DNA of 64,000 nt from Paramoeba atlantica (GCA_977017575.1 CDRNVI010000017.1:1-64000); one strand, 5' to 3'. Positions 1 through 12,900 are shown, counted from the first letter of the stretch. A program made the numbers and translations. Notes: a model not told the origin generated them from the letters alone.

Positions 1-3000
1 CCTCTTTCTTCCTCCCAGCACCTCTTCCGGTAGACAACGAAAACAACCCGTCGATCCCACTACCGATCGGTGAACTTTACACTGCCGGAGTGGTTGAAAG
101 AGAGGATGGTGTTTATAGCATAGGGGAGATAATTCAACCCACCGAAAATCAGGAAGGTACGACAGAAGGAGGATACGAGCCCGACAATGTCAACTCGATC
201 GATCCGCATGCCAGACACGACGACTTAGAAAGAATTTGCTTCGACGAAGAAGTCGATTCTGGACGGCTATGCACTGAGCTTGGGTCTATGTCACCGCAGT
301 CTCACTATCCGATTCCCGCCGATCATTTGTGGAATGCCTCGAAACATGTCAAAAAGGGAGCGATGTGCACCATCGCATGGACATTCGATAACCGAGACCA
401 GATCAATATATCTATTGGCAAAGTTACCAGCGTGAATAGGAGAAAAGGTGCCGCCAAATTGAACTTGCAATACAAAGGTATTGCAGGCCACAAGATCGAT
501 GAAGAATTTTTCGGAACGCTGCCACCACAAGAAACGGTTAGAGTGTACAAAATTATATGGCACTGTACTCCACCGCCCCCAGAAACCTGTCCACCGAAGC
601 TGAACCAGTCGATCCCGCACATTCCCAATGCAGCCCTTCCCGTCCCTGATTGGACTGACGACGATCTGGACCGAGCACCTATCCCAACATCACGAGTTAT
701 GAGGCCTGAGTTAATACCAGGCGTCATCGCCACATACCGAGAAATAATGAGTGACTACGCGAACAGCCCTTACCCACAAAGACACAAAATCTGGCACGCG
801 GTCCTCTCGGCCATGAAAACATCCTTAGCTACACTTCGACAACAATCCAATCGCAACAGACGTCGGCGACCATTCCCGCCGGAGGAAACAGCGCGAGACT
901 CAGCCCAACAGAATATGAAAGATGGGAAAGCACTTTTGGATCGTTCGAATGGAAAAGAAGACAATGGAGACGAACTTTCGGAGAACAAGGGAGACCTCAC
1001 GGCTTCTGATAAACGAGCCATTAAAAGAGCAACACGGCTCGTGATAGAAGGATATGCCAGGAAAGGAGCTCAAGTGCTTGACCGCAAAATTGAGAAGCAA
1101 TACTTATCCGAAGAAGAGACATTCAAGAAACTTCAAGACTTACACCCACAAAACCCATACGAACTTGATCTTCCATGTGACGCCCACCTAATAGGCGGAC
1201 TCACCCCTACTGAACTCCGCTCTGCTGGGTTGCGCCTCGCCAAAGGAGCTAGCCCCGGACCAACTGGTACGACGGACACGATAGTACGCATACTCATCGA
1301 TGACCCTGTATGCTGCGGGAGTCTTTGCCACATGATTCAGGACCTGATCAATGGATTTCTCACTAAAGAACTGATGCGCCGATTAACACGAGCAAGGTTA
1401 ATTGGTATTCCCAAGCCTGATGGAGGCATCCGCCCGATCGCAATTGGTGAAGTCCTAATGAAACTTTCTGGCTTGGTCCTTGTTCAGCGATTTGAACCCA
1501 CCCTGCAACCGCTATTTGCGCCGCTCCAACAAGGAGTTCTATCTAAGTCAGGCTGCGAGAAGATTGTACATCGGCTAAACTCCCTATATCGCGACGGCTC
1601 GTGCATCCTATCCGTAGATGTAAAAAACGCCTTCAACTCCCCATCGCGACCAGCTCTGGCGAAAGCCGTATATGGTCTTGCTACATTGAAACCCTTCCAG
1701 AGGTTTTTCCATGCTGAATACGCAACGGCATCTGAGTTGCTATACTACGGAAATCAAGGTCACCATGTAGGAACAATTCCAAGCACAAATGGTGTCCGAC
1801 AAGGGTCCACACTTTCATCGGTTTATTTCTGTGCCCTATTGCAACCAATCCTTGAAACTCTGTCTGCAGAGCACCCTGATATCACAATCAACGCTTATGT
1901 CGATGATGTAACTATTGCGTCAAAAAACCCCGAGCGATTGGCCAGTGCCTTCTCCCGACTAAAAACGCTTCTAGAGGAACAAAATCTAATAGTTGCTCCC
2001 AAAAAATGTGTCTGGTTTGGCGGACTGGAAGAAGAACCATTACCACAAGAATTAGAGAGCGCCGGGGTAATCACCAAAAAAAAAGCAACAAAAATCCTTG
2101 GGGCTTTCATCGGGGACGACAAATCGGTCAGCGAACGCCTAATACAGTCACTGACGAAGCACAACGACAGCTTTCGACGGCTCAAATTGATGGGGGTTAA
2201 CAATGTATCGTGCAATCTGCTTTCCAGATGTATAAACGTTAGACAGGCCTACCACCTCCGTGCACACAACCCCACCGCTTCAGCTGAACTAGCGACCCGA
2301 TTCGACAAAGAGGTAGAAAACGTTCTTACATCATGGTTCGGACATCTCTCGGATGAACAAATCGCGTTGCTGCGAATGCCCACAAAAAAAGGAGGACTTG
2401 GCTTGACAGACTGCTCTTCCACGCGAGAGGCCGCGTACCGCTCCTCATGCCACTCTGTTCTTGAGCGCCCCATAAACAATTCAGCTCGGACAGATGGAAT
2501 CAGGGAGCGAAATGTTGGATCAGCGGACCACCTTCAGAGCAACATACCTCCGGTAGACGAAACCACGACGGCGGCTCAAAAGCACATCAAAATTTGGAAA
2601 AAGATGACCCGCGAGCAATCAAACATAGCGAAGGTACTCGAAAAAGTAACACACAAAGGCAATAACGGATGGACGAACTCTGACGCGCGACTCATACCAT
2701 CACACCTGTTCAGTCTCGCCGTCATGCCCCGATTGGGAATCGCTCACCCAGATCTGCCATCACACATCACATGCCCCGGCTGCAGAATTCTTCTTGACTC
2801 CGATTCAATCTTGACACACATCATGGGCTGTACAAAATGCGGTGGTCTCAATGCCACGACTAAACACAACACTCTGGTCAACTTCATTTACGAACTCTGT
2901 ATGAAAACAGGCATTCCGTGCGAAAAGGAGCCCCGTGCACTGTCAACTTTCCGCTGCACACAATGTAACGAGATCGTTAACCCCAATCACCGAAAACTTC

Positions 3001-3519
3001 ACGAGAAAACGTGTGGTGGGCGGTCGTTTCATCGGTCCGGTCCTGACATTGTTATATATTGGGCAACCGGCGAGATATACTACGATCTAACAGTCATCCA
3101 CGAATTGGCACCCTCAAACCTTGACACAAAGTGTGCACATTTATTCCGCGACGCCTGTCGACGAAAACATGACACATACGTCAAGACCGGGAAGATCATG
3201 GCTGAAAGCTTTCAATGTATACCTGTCCTCTCAGGGGGTGCAATGCATTCAAACACGAAGGCTCTTATGGATGCTCTCGCAGATGCCTGTGGAATGCAGC
3301 GCAAACGCGTTTATGCCGAATTTCAGCTATTGTTGCAGGAGCTTAATGGGGCGGTAGCATATTCACAGCTGAGTCGATACCTTCGCAAGGAGGACAAAAC
3401 TCGGGAACATGCCTTCTAAAGCACGGAACAATGCGCCTTCGCCAGTGCACTGATTTCAATTCGCTGAGAATCTAACGCTGAGAATCTAAGAACATATAAT
3501 ATAAGAATGAAAAAAAAAA
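1..3519 (+). mobile_element. RLE-type non-LTR retrotransposon, type G1 (5' end outside window), short 3' UTR and A10 tail
   Basis: Single RT-CCHC-RLE ORF, stop at 3419, then ~90 nt UTR and poly(A) 3510-3519. Confidence 0.9.
3..3419 (+). CDS. RT + CCHC zinc knuckle + restriction-like endonuclease polyprotein (frame is open back to the window start)
   Basis: RT motifs GIRPIAIGE, SVDVKNAFNS, GVRQGSTLS, AYVDD; CPGC..H..GC knuckle; KHN; RSGPDIVIYW...YYDLTVIH RLE motif; no stop in frame from nt 3 to the GTG at 90. Confidence 0.92.
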   Translation, partial: SFFLPAPLPVDNENNPSIPLPIGELYTAGVVEREDGVYSIGEIIQPTENQEGTTEGGYEPDNVNSIDPHARHDDLERICFDEEVDSGRLCTELGSMSPQSHYPIPADHLWNASKHVKKGAMCTIAWTFDNRDQINISIGKVTSVNRRKGAAKLNLQYKGIAGHKIDEEFFGTLPPQETVRVYKIIWHCTPPPPETCPPKLNQSIPHIPNAALPVPDWTDDDLDRAPIPTSRVMRPELIPGVIATYREIMSDYANSPYPQRHKIWHAVLSAMKTSLATLRQQSNRNRRRRPFPPEETARDSAQQNMKDGKALLDRSNGKEDNGDELSENKGDLTASDKRAIKRATRLVIEGYARKGAQVLDRKIEKQYLSEEETFKKLQDLHPQNPYELDLPCDAHLIGGLTPTELRSAGLRLAKGASPGPTGTTDTIVRILIDDPVCCGSLCHMIQDLINGFLTKELMRRLTRARLIGIPKPDGGIRPIAIGEVLMKLSGLVLVQRFEPTLQPLFAPLQQGVLSKSGCEKIVHRLNSLYRDGSCILSVDVKNAFNSPSRPALAKAVYGLATLKPFQRFFHAEYATASELLYYGNQGHHVGTIPSTNGVRQGSTLSSVYFCALLQPILETLSAEHPDITINAYVDDVTIASKNPERLASAFSRLKTLLEEQNLIVAPKKCVWFGGLEEEPLPQELESAGVITKKKATKILGAFIGDDKSVSERLIQSLTKHNDSFRRLKLMGVNNVSCNLLSRCINVRQAYHLRAHNPTASAELATRFDKEVENVLTSWFGHLSDEQIALLRMPTKKGGLGLTDCSSTREAAYRSSCHSVLERPINNSARTDGIRERNVGSADHLQSNIPPVDETTTAAQKHIKIWKKMTREQSNIAKVLEKVTHKGNNGWTNSDARLIPSHLFSLAVMPRLGIAHPDLPSHITCPGCRILLDSDSILTHIMGCTKCGGLNATTKHNTLVNFIYELCMKTGIPCEKEPRALSTFRCTQCNEIVNPNHRKLHEKTCGGRSFHRSGPDIVIYWATGEIYYDLTVIHELAPSNLDTKCAHLFRDACRRKHDTYVKTGKIMAESFQCIPVLSGGAMHSNTKALMDALADACGMQRKRVYAEFQLLLQELNGAVAYSQLSRYLRKEDKTREHAF

Positions 3520-3532
3520 CTATAAATTTAGA

Positions 3533-4730
3533 TATAAATTTAGAGCTCATTCTGAACCGAAGCAAAGAAGCGAACTTACATTTAGAGAGTACGAATGACT
3601 ATGTGAATCCTTACCTTTTCCGCTACACCCTAATGATGCGACTTGGAATAAGTCTACCGAAAGCGCCAATAAACGTCGTATGCCCGGGATGCTGTGGTCC
3701 AGAAACATCTTTTAGTATTATTCCACATATCGCAGGATGCTCGAGATGCTCAGGTATGAACTGCACTCGTAAACACTCTCACATCGTGCGCTATCTAGCT
3801 GACTTGTGCGCGAAGGCAGGACTTCCGTGTGTTATCGAACCGCGAATTCACTCCTCATTTTATTGTACAAAGTGTAAATGCTCTATTTCTGCGGAGGTTT
3901 CTGACCAACATCCATGTAAGGCGCGCAGGATTCGATCTGGCCCCGACCTCGCTATCATGTGGCCCCATATGGGAGAAGTCCTCTATGATTTCACAGTGGT
4001 TCACACTTGCTGCAACAGTTACAAGAAACAAACAAGCAACTACCTACTGCAGCAAGCCCAGGAAAGGAAGTTCAAGAAATATGTGACAGAGAAAGGTGTG
4101 GACAGTGAGGCATTTCGTTGCATCGCCGCCTCAGATTGTGGTGTGTTGCACAACGACACAAAACAACTATTAAAGGCGTTGGCTCAGCGCGCGAATCGAA
4201 AATATGAAAACGTGCGTGAGGCTTTTCAGCTGGAACTTGAAAAGCTATCGGCTTACACGGTAGTGTCTCAACTCCGAGATTACATCACCGATGAAAAGTG
4301 GATTGGGAGTTTACGACTCTAAAAGAGTTCACTACCACACGTATATCTCCGTACAAATAAGTATTGATTAGTTGCCTTCGAATATATTAGGTCCTTTCGA
4401 ATGTATTAGATACTGCTACTTCTGCATTGATTCTTCATCACGTTTGACAACAATTGGCGCGTATACAATAATTGATCCGGGAACTGTTCTTTTTTACTTT
4501 GAGGCTTTGCTGGTTTCGAGGGGACAAGTGTCATCCATGCTGTTTTATGCTGTTTTATGTGGTCCAACATATATTCGATCATTGAAAATTGTTGATCTTA
4601 CCATGTGAATGGAACGATGCGTATTGCATCGGTACACGAACATTGCCCCGTAGTTTGTTCAAATTGGTTTCTACGGATAGTTGCCGGGGATTTCCAGACG
4701 GCGAGTAAGTTCAAAAAAAAAAAAAAAAAA
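3533..4730 (+). mobile_element. 5'-truncated RLE retrotransposon type F (copy 1): CCHC + RLE coding tail, 390-nt 3' UTR, A18
   Basis: Near-identical to 20823-22016; CPGC/CSRC/RKH, RSGPDLAIMW..YDFTVVH; the ORF-track start MKKK is read from the upstream poly(A). Confidence 0.9.
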
Positions 4731-4973
4731 GCGATGACCGTAAATTTCTGGTAGAGTGAAGTTCGAGTTGTGTCATCGCAACTTTCCTTTTGCGAGTGGA
4801 AAAAGGTTATAAGTCACTAGAGTAAAATAATGTATAGTATAGTATGCTAAAAGTATAATTACATGGTTCCCCCCGGAGGGGGCAAAATCAGGTACATATA
4901 TGTATATGTGCCCCGTAGGGCCACGGTCAAAGAATAAATGTTTTCTTCAAGCAATTCTTTCCGTAAACTCTAA
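4731..4973. other. ~245-bp non-coding spacer between F poly(A) and truncated A; also at 22017-22259 and 38656-38898
   Basis: Three near-identical copies; GCGATGAC...GTCATCGC inverted repeat at its start; no homology to other elements in the window. Confidence 0.7.
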
Positions 4974-7900
4974 GGATAACCGATCACCTAGGCGACCCTT
5001 GGAAACACGAAGGCAACACCAACAGACTATTAAGGACAGCACCCTCGGCGAACAAACGCCGACACGCTCTCAGCCAGCCCACCAGATCCAATCACCTCCA
5101 AAGCATTCCTCCGGCACAAAACCCATGACTAGCGAAACTGGTTGTTCCGAAGCACAATCGGACGGTAGGCGCGAAGACTTTGGCAACAGATATGCCCCAC
5201 GAAACGGAAGCGACAAGCCCCCACCACTTCCGCAGAGCGCTCCCAAACACCGCATCTGTCCTGCTGAAGGATGCGCCTGGCGCACGATTGCACATGGAGG
5301 GTCTTGGCAAGCATATTATAACCACGTAGCGTACCACCACAGTACCGGCGTCCCGGCTGCATGGTGGGCAGCGGAAGGCAAGTTCCTTTGTGAAACGTGC
5401 GGCAAACACTACACGCTCAACCGTAAAACTACGCACCCGAAGACCTGCATCGGTCAATCAAGTCAAGCAGCACAAATGTCAGTAGATATTTTTTCGCAGC
5501 ACTCCATCGTAACAGAAACCGCCGAATTACCTACTTTGGCAAGTGTCTGCACACTCGAGAAGAGCACATGTAAAGACGTGCCCCACCGATGCCGTCAGCT
5601 GTGGGCGGAGATCTTAACTAGCGCTTTGAAGGCAGCACTACAAGAAAACTCAGTAGCGACATGGACACTCCTTGCCATGCTCCCAAAGTGTGTGTTACCG
5701 GCCCCTCGACGCGGAGGGCGTAAAGGCTACATGGCGTACTCATCCCACGTTCGAAAGTGCATGGAGCGATGGATGGCAAAGGAATACACTCAGTTGTGGA
5801 AAGAGGCAGCCGCTAATAGACGACAACGAAACCCTGACCCCATTTCGGAACAACATGAGGCCCAGAAAGCCGTCATCCGCGCAGAACTTCTAGTCAGACA
5901 AGGTGAATTCTCTAGAGGTATGGCTGCCTTAACCGCAGCGCCGATGGCAGATGAAAACGAAGAAACATATGCGAAGCTGTTGGAGAAGCATCCGGCACGT
6001 CAAACTACTACGGAAGCCCTCGCCGACCCTCCACCACATGTCAAACATTTGAACCTCGAAGAATCCGATATTAAAGTAGCCATAAACAGTTTTCGTCGAG
6101 GATCTTCAGCAGGTACGATGGGTCTCCGCCCGGAACACTTACAATCCGCGCTTCTTTCCTACGAAGACAAGAATGTTCACCCGCTTCAGGAACTCACAAA
6201 CCTAGCTAATCATCTTCTTTCTGGCAAAGCACCCATCGAAGTACAAGCATATTTCGCAGGTGCGCGACTATGTGCGCTCAAGAAGGGGGAAAACGACGTT
6301 CGCCCTATCGCAGCGGGGGAGACTATTCGTCAGTTAGTGAGCAAGGCCGCATGCAGTAGTGTCCGAATGAAAGCGGGGAAATACTTTGAAGCACAACAAT
6401 ATCGAGTGGCCACCCGAGCAGGGGCAGAACGTATCATTCACCTTTGTAGGCTTGCAATGGACACTGACACAACAAATTCCGATATAGTTTTATGCAAAGT
6501 TGATTTGTCCAACGCATTTAACAACGTTAGCCGTGACGCATTCATCAGTCTCACCAGAGAGCACTTCCCGGAATTGTCCATATGGGTAGAATGGTGCTAC
6601 GTCGAAAACAGTAGCTTAACTTACGGGCACCGTTTCGTACCGTCCGCGGAAGGGGTACAACAGGGCGATCCCCTCGGTCCTCTTCTCTTTTCCTTAGTCA
6701 TGTTGGAGGTTACCAAACAAATTCAGTCGTACACGGAACTTCTTCTAAACCTGTGGTACTTAGACGATGGAGTTTTTATAGGGAAAGCAGAAGAAGTAAG
6801 AAAAGCCCTCGACATACTTGATCACCTCGGACCAGGTCAGGGACTACACCTCAATAGCAAGAAATGCGAGATCATCACACTACCCTCATCTGCACACCAA
6901 ACATCTCTTTTCCCAGATATACCAAAAGACAAGCAAAACACAGAAGGAAATTTCGACATCCTAGGAAGCCCTATCGGATCCCACAAACACTGCGCCGAAT
7001 ACCTCATGACCAATGCGATCGAACCAGCAGAAGATACTTTAGTTGCTTCCAGTTTAATTGAGGACCCGCAGGTCGCCATGGCACTGATACGACAATGTGC
7101 TGGCTTTTGTCAACTGGTCTACGCCCTACGTACAACACCCCCACAATGCATACAACGCGTTTGCGAACATCTAGACAATTCACTGTTGAGCACAGCTGAG
7201 GAAATACTTTGCCCACTGAACGCCCCTGCCCGCGCTCAGATCCAACGCCTGAAGAGACACGGAGGTTTCGGTCTGCGTTCATCGGAAATGTACTCGTCTT
7301 CAGCTTACGTAGCATCTGTGGTGTTCGCAGCAAGCAAGGACGGATGGAATCCACTGGACGCGGAAGGTTTTTCACCTGCCGTCAACGACGTGAACGCAAA
7401 AGCCGGAGGCACTCTCGTAGATCCCGAAACGGGTCGTTTCCTTTGCCCCACCACCCAACAGCGCGACCTATCACATCCCTCTTTTCCCCCAAAGCCACCC
7501 ATTCACTCTTCCACACAGGTCGATACAGCCCGCGAGCCATCAGACACCGGACCTTTTTTAGATGCTGACCCGCCGTTGGGCGCTGACCTTGACATAGATA
7601 TTGACCCGCCAGAATGGGACGAAAGTATCATCCCACGTCAGAAAGATATCATCCGCGCTATAGGGGAAAGGGAGTTTAATATAGCATACTGTTCCGCTGA
7701 TACGCGAACGCGAACCAGATGGGTATCACAATCAGGGAAAGGGGCTAGCAGCTGGGCATTCGTCACCCCATCGAAGGACCTGGGCTATGCATTCAAACCC
7801 GCGGAGTTTCGAACCTTCTGTCGATGGTGGTTGGGGGTGGATGTATACGGAGAAACTCGTCCATGTCCCTCGGATGAATGCAAACTCCCTCTGGGTTAAG

Positions 7901-8388
7901 TTCTTAGTGTTTCTGATCCCCTGAAGGGGATCACGCACTCGTGTGCAAACATGGACAAGGTATAATAAACCGGCACAATTCCCTGGTTGAACATTTTTCC
8001 TCCTTCTGCGGGCATGCCTCTTTGGCACCCCAACGAGAGCACAGTCTTGGCAATCGAGGTCCCGGAGGGGAGCTCACCAGGCCAGGCGATGTGTTTCTCC
8101 CCACGTATTCCAAGGCTAAAGGCATGGTCCTTGATTTTGCAGTTACCCACGCTCAGCAAACTAAATACACGGACAAAGTTCGTAACGCTAGCTGGGTAGC
8201 TGCAGGATCATTCGTCGAGCACTACGCAGAGGAAAAAAAGGTGCACCAACGGTTGGAGGCTGAGGAAGCAGGCCATGAATTCACAGCCATGGTGGTAGAG
8301 AGCTATGGCTCCTGGAGCGTGAGCGCAACGTCCGTTCTAAAGGGAGTCGGAAAGAGGCGGGCACAGGCCTCAAATGGGACCCTTACGG
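4974..8388 (+). pseudogene. 5'-truncated, disrupted CRE-like element type A (copy 1): 2x C2H2, RT, CCHC, RLE
   Basis: Near-identical to 45727-48662 + 54078-54548; WYLDD RT motif; a 23-bp insertion at 7897-7919 gives a stop; interrupted by a LINE after 8388 and resumes at 17459. Confidence 0.92.
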
Positions 8389-9543
8389 TCCGGTGCGCAG
8401 GAGTCCACGCGCATTATGAATCTTCTTTTGCGTTCCACGCTTGATCGGGGGGCCTTGTTTCGTCCTCACAAGGGCGGGAGGAGTCCTGCTAAGCTCCGCG
8501 CGAGGTCGTTGAGACAGTTGTTGCTGCGTATGGAAAAGGGGGCGAGGCTGGCAGTGGTGTGGAGATACGGGTATAGTGATGATTTGAAGTTGTGGGAGGG
8601 GGTCTTCGAACGATGGCTTGGCTTGTGGCGCATTCGATACACCGATCGCCCGCGTGAAACACTTCCGTTTCCCCCTTTAAGTCCTTTGATCGTTCTCTGC
8701 GCTGCTCGTGTTTTCAAACCTTTTTCCCTGTCCAGCAGAAAAAAGCGACATCGCAAAAGTAGGGCATTGTCCGGCAAACGTGCTCTTCATGACTCGGAGG
8801 GTCCTAGAGGCCCCGCTGTGAAGGGAAAGCTTAACGTGGCAACCTTGAATGTGACTAGTCTAAAGCTAAAGGGTGAGGATGAGTTTAGTTTGAGAAAGTG
8901 CGGGCACCTGTATGAAGTACTTAATTTTATGAATATGAAAGGAATCAATATTCTGGGAATGCAGGAGACAAGGTACAGATTTTCGTCTTCTGAAAAGTCG
9001 GAGGTACTTTGCCGCAAAGTACATTACCAGAATTCGGAATATTTCTTCAACCTCATTACAGCTCGCGCGAAGGATGCGTACAATGGAATGGGCATCGTAA
9101 GCTCAATGCCTATGTCCAAGGTATTTCGAGTAAGTGAAAGGATCATGGTTGGTGAATTTGAGATGGAAGACGGAGTTGGGACAGTTGTTAATGTTTATGC
9201 TCCTACAAGAGATTCTTCGGAACTCGCGCTATCAACATTTTACGGAGATTTAGAAAAGTGTTGCACAAAAGCATTAGAAAACAATCTGCGACGCCCTCTT
9301 TTCGTGATAGGAGATTTCAACGCCCCCTTAACGCTTATATCAAACAAAGAAATGGACCCACTGGCTGTTGCTCGTCTCAAAGGTCTTTCCTGTGCTATGG
9401 GATGCAAATCCGCGCATAGTCTGTGCCCTAGTAGTAGGAAGTGGACCTGTGAGCTGCCAAACAAAACTTTGCGTCAATTGGATCATATATTTATAAGCAG
9501 CCGATTCGCATCAGCCATTCAGCGCCACAAGGTCGTAAAGGCA
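8389..9543 (+). mobile_element. APE-RT-RNase H LINE type L1 (copy a), 5' part (N-terminal domain + APE)
   Basis: Near-identical to ~56205-57359; NVATLNV, GMQETR, NVYAP, GDFNA, LDHI; left TSD TGGGACCCTTACGG 8375-8388. Confidence 0.92.
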
Positions 9544-9999
9544 ACAACAACAACAACAACAACAACACTGATATAATCAGTTAAGGGGTTAATATTTTCC
9601 CTTAAACATCTTCACACCTTAGATTAAAAACACTGACCACACAACTGTTTGCCATATCTCAAATTTAATGTTTGTTTTAATGAGTCCTCGCATAATGATG
9701 AGTCTTTTCATTACAATAAACAAGGAAATGGAACCACCAACGCCCCTAGAGTTCAACGCAAATTGAAGGTATCAACTACTTGAGCGCTAAAATAAAACAA
9801 TACAACTAACATATAAACATGAACATAAAACTTATAACCTTATATATCTACAATAAATAATAAATATAGTAATAAGAATAAAAACAATCTGACAGAAAAA
9901 ACATGAATAAGAGCTGCTCGCCTTGTCCGGGCTACAAAATCGCTACTCAAAATTTGAAATTAGGGGGGGGGAATATATTTCACAAGATTTCAAATACCA

Positions 10000-12900
10000 T
10001 TAGTCACGTGAAACGCGTTCTGTAGAATGCTTTCTTTTTGTTTGTGGGCTTCGCAGCTTTGGTTTAATTTCACTTTTCCCGTCTATATTTGTCTGAGCCT
10101 TTTGGTTCTTGTTGTTTCGTTGAAGTTTTAGACGTTCTGGATCTTCGCTTCGCGTTCGTTTCGGAATATTATTCATCACGTCGTTTTTAGATGATTCCTT
10201 TGTTTTTACTTTGGTGTCACGTTTAGTTTGAAATTTTTCTTTTGGAGGATATTTTTCTTTTGAAGGATTGGGGTTCCTCTTTCCTGCTGGGTGATTGTCA
10301 ATACCCTCACGGGTGCTAATTAGTCTCTTCCCTATCACATTTCCGGAGCATCGCCTATAAGTGACGGCGTTGGTGTGATCAAGTGTTCCTGCTTCCTTGG
10401 AAAGCCAATCCGCTATTTCATTATGGGGGTTCCCCTCGTGGGCGCGAACTTTTACGCAAAACAAATTTTTCGATCCTGATTCAATTTTGATACAAATGTT
10501 GCACAGCTTTCGTAGGATTTCTGGATTTTGAAAGTCACTAAACCCTATCAATCTATTGCGGTGCCTGTGGATGTGAAAAAATTCCCATATGTAATGCGAA
10601 TCTGTGTGTACAACGATGTCTGTTCCATAATCTTTGGAAAATTGAAGTGCCTCAATCACCGCATAAAGTTCAACCGCTGTAATTGTACTTTCAATATCTT
10701 CCGGGGGCTTTTTGCTTACCATGACTTGATCAAAACCTTGTCCCAAAATATAAAACCCAGACCCACCTACAGATGCACCTTTCTTTGTGGATAGAGAACC
10801 ATCTGTATATATATGCAATTCACCTTTACGCCGAGCGTATGGTTTGGGACCTTCTTCTACGAATTGTGACGCTTTTGTGTTAGTGATTGCAGAAATTTTT
10901 CTTTCCCATCCAGATTTATTGAACTGTGTGTATGAAGGTCTTGGCTCCAACCGATCGCGAAGTTGATCAACTTTCTTTGCCCATGACGTTCGACTTACTG
11001 GATAATACAGCATCTCTGCTGTACTTAAATTGAGATCTTTCGCGCATAATTCGGAGACTGATCTATTTTTACTGGAATCTTCATCGCGCCATGACATTGT
11101 ATTACAGAAAACTGGTGAATGTCGTACTAAATGCCCTATTGAACTTGCTCGCTGACATTTAGAGACTGTACTGAGCTTGTTTTCTCCCTGATACAATGAT
11201 TCAAGACGCATGCTTCGTTGACCGTCCCAGGATTTATGTACGCAGCACACTATTCGTCTCATTTTAGAAATTTCAGTGTCCATTTTCAGTAAATCGGAGG
11301 TCGAGATCTTCCACGTGCTACAACCATAGGAAATAACTGGCATAACTAAAGTTTGAAATATACGAGTGCGGCAAAGAATTGAAAGAGGTGAGTTCCAAAC
11401 TGGACGCAGCCTGTGCATAGTATACCACCCAAGTCTAATCCGGTCCCTTGGGGTTGATAAGTTATCTTCGGGGTTTGTTGCATTACCTAAGTACCTATAT
11501 GTCTTCACTTTTGGTATTAGACCGAGGGAAGGCAAGACAAGTTCCTCATTTGTATCGGGACATTTTCCGATTGTCATCCATGCAGTTTTATTTATTCCCA
11601 TGTTCATTTTTAAATTTACTTTTCCTGCAACTTCTGCTAATTTTTCAAGCATATTTCCGAGTTCCTGCTTTGTATGCGCAAATAAAGCAATGTCATCTGC
11701 ATAATTTACATCCGAAATTCTAATAGCTTTTTCACCTCGACTTTTTGTTCCCGTAGAGTGCGTGACCAAGCCGTATGAGTTTTTATCAATTGCAGTTTCA
11801 AGAACGCGATCAAGAACCATAATAAATATGTAAGGGGCAAGAACATCACCCTGAAGTGTTCCCGTTGAAATTGGAAATTCTTCAGTGTTTCCGTATGGAG
11901 TCCTGATATACGCTCGTAAATCTGTGTAAATAGACATTATGACTCGTTCTAGGTTTTCAGGGATACCAAAAGCTTGCAGAGCTGCTCGAATAGCCTGCCA
12001 TGTAACCGATGGAAATGCTTGCTTAAAATCCACAAACCCGACAACCACACCACTACCCCTCATCGCCTTGGACGAAATTTCATTAAAAACCGCTTGTGCC
12101 CCATTTGTGGAGTGATGGGGGCGAAATCCAAATTGATTAGGACGCAGCATAGATTCTACCGCAGGTTGTATCCTTGTTAACACCATCCGGTTAAGCAATT
12201 TTACGACGTGATTCACTATACAAACAGGTCTCCAGTTGATGATTTCGCTAAGATTCCCCTTCTTAGGTATCGGAATTTGAAGAATTGTTTTCCATGAATC
12301 CGGAGATGCCCCTGTGAGGTAAATTTCATTCATAATTTCTAGGAGGATGCTGGATAGCTCGTCTTCTTGAACGATGGATCTTAAAACTTCTGCTGGAATA
12401 TTGTCAGCTCCAGGGCATTTTCCATACTTCATCTTAGAAATGGCATCCATTAATTCCACTTTTGTAAACATTTCGTCTAGTATAGGAATCTTGCACTTAC
12501 TAGAAGGCGTAAAAGCAAAGGATTGTGAGGCTATCGAGAGTGTATCTGTACTGTGAAAATGATTTCGTACAGCTATCAAGCCTTTTTGTGGAGAATCTCC
12601 GAAAACGGGAAAGTCCTTCTTATGTTCTCCAAGCATGGTTCTAATTGCTTTAAAAGCGGATTTAGGTTTTCGCTTTAAATCTTTCTCGATATTGTTGCAT
12701 TCAGAAATAATACATTCGTTCATTTCATTTGAATAGCGTTGTTCGCATACCTTAAATTTTTCCTTGTTTTTTGCGAGCCGTATTATTGACCCTAAGTTGA
12801 GATTATGAGTATTTGGTGATTTCTTTTCCTCAACGCTGCTAGCTAGTTTTGGAAGAGTTTTCGATGCAGCGATCAATGAGGAAGAGAATCTGCCCCATCG

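Noticed and set aside
4372-4608. 78-aa hydrophobic ORF repeated at 21656 and 38295
   Set aside because: Lies in the F 3' UTR; recurrence reflects near-identical DNA copies, with no independent evidence of coding
4731-4781. tRNA-like look (acceptor-like stem, GTTCGAG)
   Set aside because: Only ~51 nt, with no T-stem, D-arm or anticodon arm
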